A DNA stretch of 33,258 nt, taken from the NCBI GenBank assembly GCA_012862495.1, contig BLSG01000161.1, forward strand, positions 62,234 to 95,491. Direction: 5' to 3'. The translations under genes were made by a program, and so were the position numbers. Positions 30,465 to 33,258 of this stretch are shown one piece after another (position 1 is the first letter of the stretch; the number at the start of each line of letters is the position of its first letter). The notes below the pieces were generated by a model. It worked only from the letters and a program-made list of their open reading frames with translations. It made no database searches and was not told the origin of the DNA. This DNA is from Thraustochytrium aureum. Taxonomy: Eukaryota.

Positions 30465-30494
<30 letters not shown>
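30465..30494. repeat. (CTG)10 microsatellite upstream of PSMA5
   Basis: Ten perfect CTG units. Confidence 0.95.
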
Positions 30495-30495
<1 letters not shown>

Positions 30496-30900
30496 GGCCT
30501 GGCCTTCCTTCCTTCGTGCTCGTCTGCTCGTCCCGCGATCCGCTTGCGCGGGCGAATGAACACGACTGAATCGCTCTCTACCGCAGGAAGCAAAGGCAAA
30601 ATCACATGGTTTGATTACCGTTTACGATGCGTTCCGCAGATAAAGCGGCCCGCGCAGAGCGAGCTTCGCCCGGAAAAGTGCCCCTCGTTGCCCGAAGCAA
30701 GCGCTGCGCGATGTTCTGTAGGAAATGCGTTCCCCTAAAAATACGCCGAGAGAACAAAGCGAGCCCGGGAGGAAGGCCGGAGAAAAGTGCCCCGGATACG
30801 GCGGGAGAGTCAGTCCATAGAGGCAGCTGCGGGTAAATAAATAGCCCGCAGCGCGCAAGGAGCAAAGCACCCTTCGCTGCAGGAACAAAGCACACCGCGG

Positions 30901-30909
30901 TTAGGGTTT
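30901..30909 (-). promoter_or_regulatory. Telo-box-like motif (AAACCCTAA) in the PSMA5/RPL7A divergent intergenic region
   Basis: TTAGGGTTT on the + strand, upstream of a ribosomal protein gene. Single copy only. Confidence 0.3.
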
Positions 30910-31923
30910 TCTGGCCGGGAAGAACGCCAGCCCAGCCGCTTGAACCTTGGAAACCAGATTTACAGGAACGCATTTTCGCTCGGCGACCCAGCAGCTCCTG
31001 GCGCGTCACTCGACCCAGTAGCGCAACCTTGGCGTGGATCGGCAGCGAAACGTGTGGCTCGCGCGCTTCCAGCCGCTCCTTTTACCCCGCCCAGCAGCAT
31101 TTACCTCCGCTCCTCTCGTCTCCGGAACGCGCAGTGCTGAGCCTGGCCCAGCAGCTTCACCTTGTATGGGGTTCCCCGCGGAACGCGCAGCGCCTCGCAG
31201 TGCCGCGCAGTGCCGCACCCTCCCCAGTCTCTCCCTGTCAGTAGCGTATCCTTTGCGGAACGCCTCGTGTCTGGTGCGCCCAAGGGGGCATAGCCCGGCC
31301 CAGCTGCGTGCTGTCGCGAAGGAGTGCTTTGGGGAACGCGAATTGGGGCGAATCGGGTGGAGCGAGTGGAGCGGCAGAGGGAGAAGGAGCAGAGGGAGAG
31401 AGAGAGGGAGCGGCGGAGGCAGAGCAGAGCAGTAGCGAGTGCAGGCAGGAGAGGCGCGTCAGGCAGGCNNNNNNNNNNNNNNNNNNNNNNNNNNNNNNNN
31501 NNNNNNNNNNNNNNNNNNNNNNNNNNNNNNNNNNNNNNNNNNNNNNNNNNNNNNNNNNNNNNNNNNNNNNNNNNNNNNNNNNNNNNNNNNNNNNNNNNNN
31601 NNNNNNNNNNNNNNNNNNNNNNNNNNNNNNNNNNNNNNNNNNNNNNNNNNNNNNNNNNNNNNNNNNNNNNNNNNNNNNNNNNNNNNNNNNNNNNNNNNNN
31701 NNNNNNNNNNNNNNNNNNNNNNNNNNNNNNNNNNNNNNNNNNNNNNNNNNNNNNNNNNNNNNNNNNNNNNNNNNNNNNNNNNNNNNNNNNNNNNNNNNNN
31801 NNNNNNNNNNNNNNNNNNNNNNNNNNNNNNNNNNNNNNNNNNNNNNNNNNNNNNNNNNNNNNNNNNNNNNNNNNNNNNNNNNNNNNNNNNNNNNNNNNNN
31901 NNNNNNNNNNNNNNNNNNNNNNN

Positions 31924-32561
31924 GGCCGCGCTATGTGCGCATCCAGCGCCAGCGCAAGATTCTGCTGCAGCGCCTCAAGGTGCCGCCCACGCTCAACCAG
32001 TTCACCAACGTGCTGGACAAGAGCCAGGCCACCGACTTGTTCAAGCTGATGGCCTCGTACCGCCCCGAGAGCAAGAAGGAGAAGGCGCAGCGCATCAAGG
32101 CCCTCGCCGACGCCAAGGCGCAGGGCGGTGATGCCACCCCCTCCAAGCCCGGCCCCGTGCTCAAGTTCGGCCTCCACCACGTCACCACCCTGATCGAGGA
32201 GAAGAAGGCTCAGCTCGTTGTTATCGCCGCCGACGTCAACCCGATCGAGCTCGTGCTCTGGATGCCCGCGCTCTGCCGCAAGCAGAACATCCCGTACTGC
32301 GTGGTCAACAACAAGGGCCGCCTCGGCGCCCTCGTCCACCAGCGCAACGCTGCCGTTCTCGCCATCACCGCGGTCAACGGCGAGCATGAGGCCAAGCTCA
32401 GCCAACTCAAGGACATCTGCAAGGCCCAGTACAACGACAACAAGGCCATCCTCCGCAAGTGGGGCGGTGGTATTATGGGACTCCGGACGCAGGCCAAGCT
32501 CGCGCAGCGCGCCGCTGCCCTCGCCGCTGAGGAGGCCAAGAAGAAGAAGATGATGATGTAG
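31924..32561 (+). CDS. RPL7A: 60S ribosomal protein L7a (eL8); 5' part in gap
   Basis: (W)PRYVRIQRQRKILLQRLKVPPTLNQF, YRPESKKEK, LKFGLHHVTTLIEEKKAQLVVIAADVNPIELVLWMPALCRK, KGRLGALVH, WGGGIMG. Strongly biased codons. Confidence 0.98.
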
Positions 32562-33037
32562 GCGTGCCATGGCGCAGGCTATCTGGCTATCTGAAACTTT
32601 TCCTTCTTCGCACTAACCAGCGCTCTATTGTCGCCGCACGGCCCTCTTGCTGCGCATGCATCCCATGCCGTTCCTTGGCGCGCGTTCTCTTGCAGTCCGT
32701 CCGCCCGGCCCCGAGCTCGGGCTTGCCTGCGCCGCCGCGCCAGCCAGGCTGGCAAGCAACAGGGCGTGAGGCTGAAACTGCAGAACGGCTTTCTTGTTTC
32801 GATTCGAGAGCTCTGGTGCGTTCTGGAATGCAGCCGCGACGCCCAAAACCTATTCCCCAAGCGTTTTCGCGCGGCGCCCGCTTCGGGCCGCCAGAGCCCG
32901 CTCCCGAGCCGGAGGCGGCGCCGGGTGTTTGCTAGCTGGGAGGGGGCAGACGGGGCGCGGCTTGCGCCCGCTCAATTGTGCAACGGGCTGCAGGCGCGCG
33001 CCGCGATTGAGCGAGCGAGGCCCTCGCAGGTTAATAA

Positions 33038-33258
33038 ATGTTCGGACCTCCGCGCCGAGCGTACGGGCGCCGCCAACATGGGCACGGCGGGCTCAACCCG
33101 CTTGCGGCCATCATCCTCGTCAGGCTAGCGCGGCAGGTCGCGGACCTGCCCGTGAAGCCGCCCGTGACGCTCGCACTGATAGCCGCGCAAGTGTGGCTGC
33201 ACTTGAGCGCTGGCGCCAGCAGGCCCCCGCTCGGCGCGGTTTGCCTCTCGCCGCTTGC
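33038..33258 (+). CDS. Rhomboid-family protease, RHBDD1/RHBDL4 (plant RBL14)-like, N-terminus only; not in the ORF track
   Basis: MFGPPRRAYGRRQHGHGGLNPLAAIILVRLARQVADLPVKPPVTLALIAAQVWLHL..PLGAVCLSP. The KPPVTLAL TM1 and CLSP motifs match this subfamily's N-terminus as recalled. Runs off the window. Confidence 0.7.
   Translation, partial: MFGPPRRAYGRRQHGHGGLNPLAAIILVRLARQVADLPVKPPVTLALIAAQVWLHLSAGASRPPLGAVCLSPL

Noticed and set aside
1..33258. tRNA, rRNA, intact transposon or viral genes; a functional operon-like cluster
   Set aside because: No cloverleaf, rRNA, transposase, RT, integrase or capsid motifs were recognised by eye. Neighbouring genes are functionally unrelated.

Overview
GC-rich, gene-dense, intron-poor eukaryotic scaffold with eight N-gaps (1123-1828, 5283-5422, 10612-11044, 15423-15482, 22236-22303, 25548-25666, 28003-28708, 31469-31923). 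Short GT-AG introns with GCTGAC branch motifs, a K+-type H+-pyrophosphatase, ciliary-type proteins and Kaptin suggest a flagellated protist, possibly a labyrinthulomycete-like stramenopile (inference only). Recognisable genes: a sulfotransferase, a frameshifted Old Yellow Enzyme, V-H+-PPase, Kaptin (KPTN), a MOSC-like protein, a trichohyalin-like coiled-coil protein, an AKAP14-like/degenerate EF-hand protein, an SLC13 transporter, a SAP-domain protein, PSMA5, RPL7A and the start of a RHBDD1-like rhomboid. There are also several hypothetical genes and small tandem repeats. The standout is a ~4.2 kb gene (22305-26479) that fuses a secreted heme-peroxidase-like domain lacking its proximal His, a heme-DOMON, a cytochrome b561, a cytochrome b5 and an FAD/NAD(P)H reductase. 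This looks like a one-polypeptide trans-membrane electron chain, analogous to DUOX but built from non-NOX parts.
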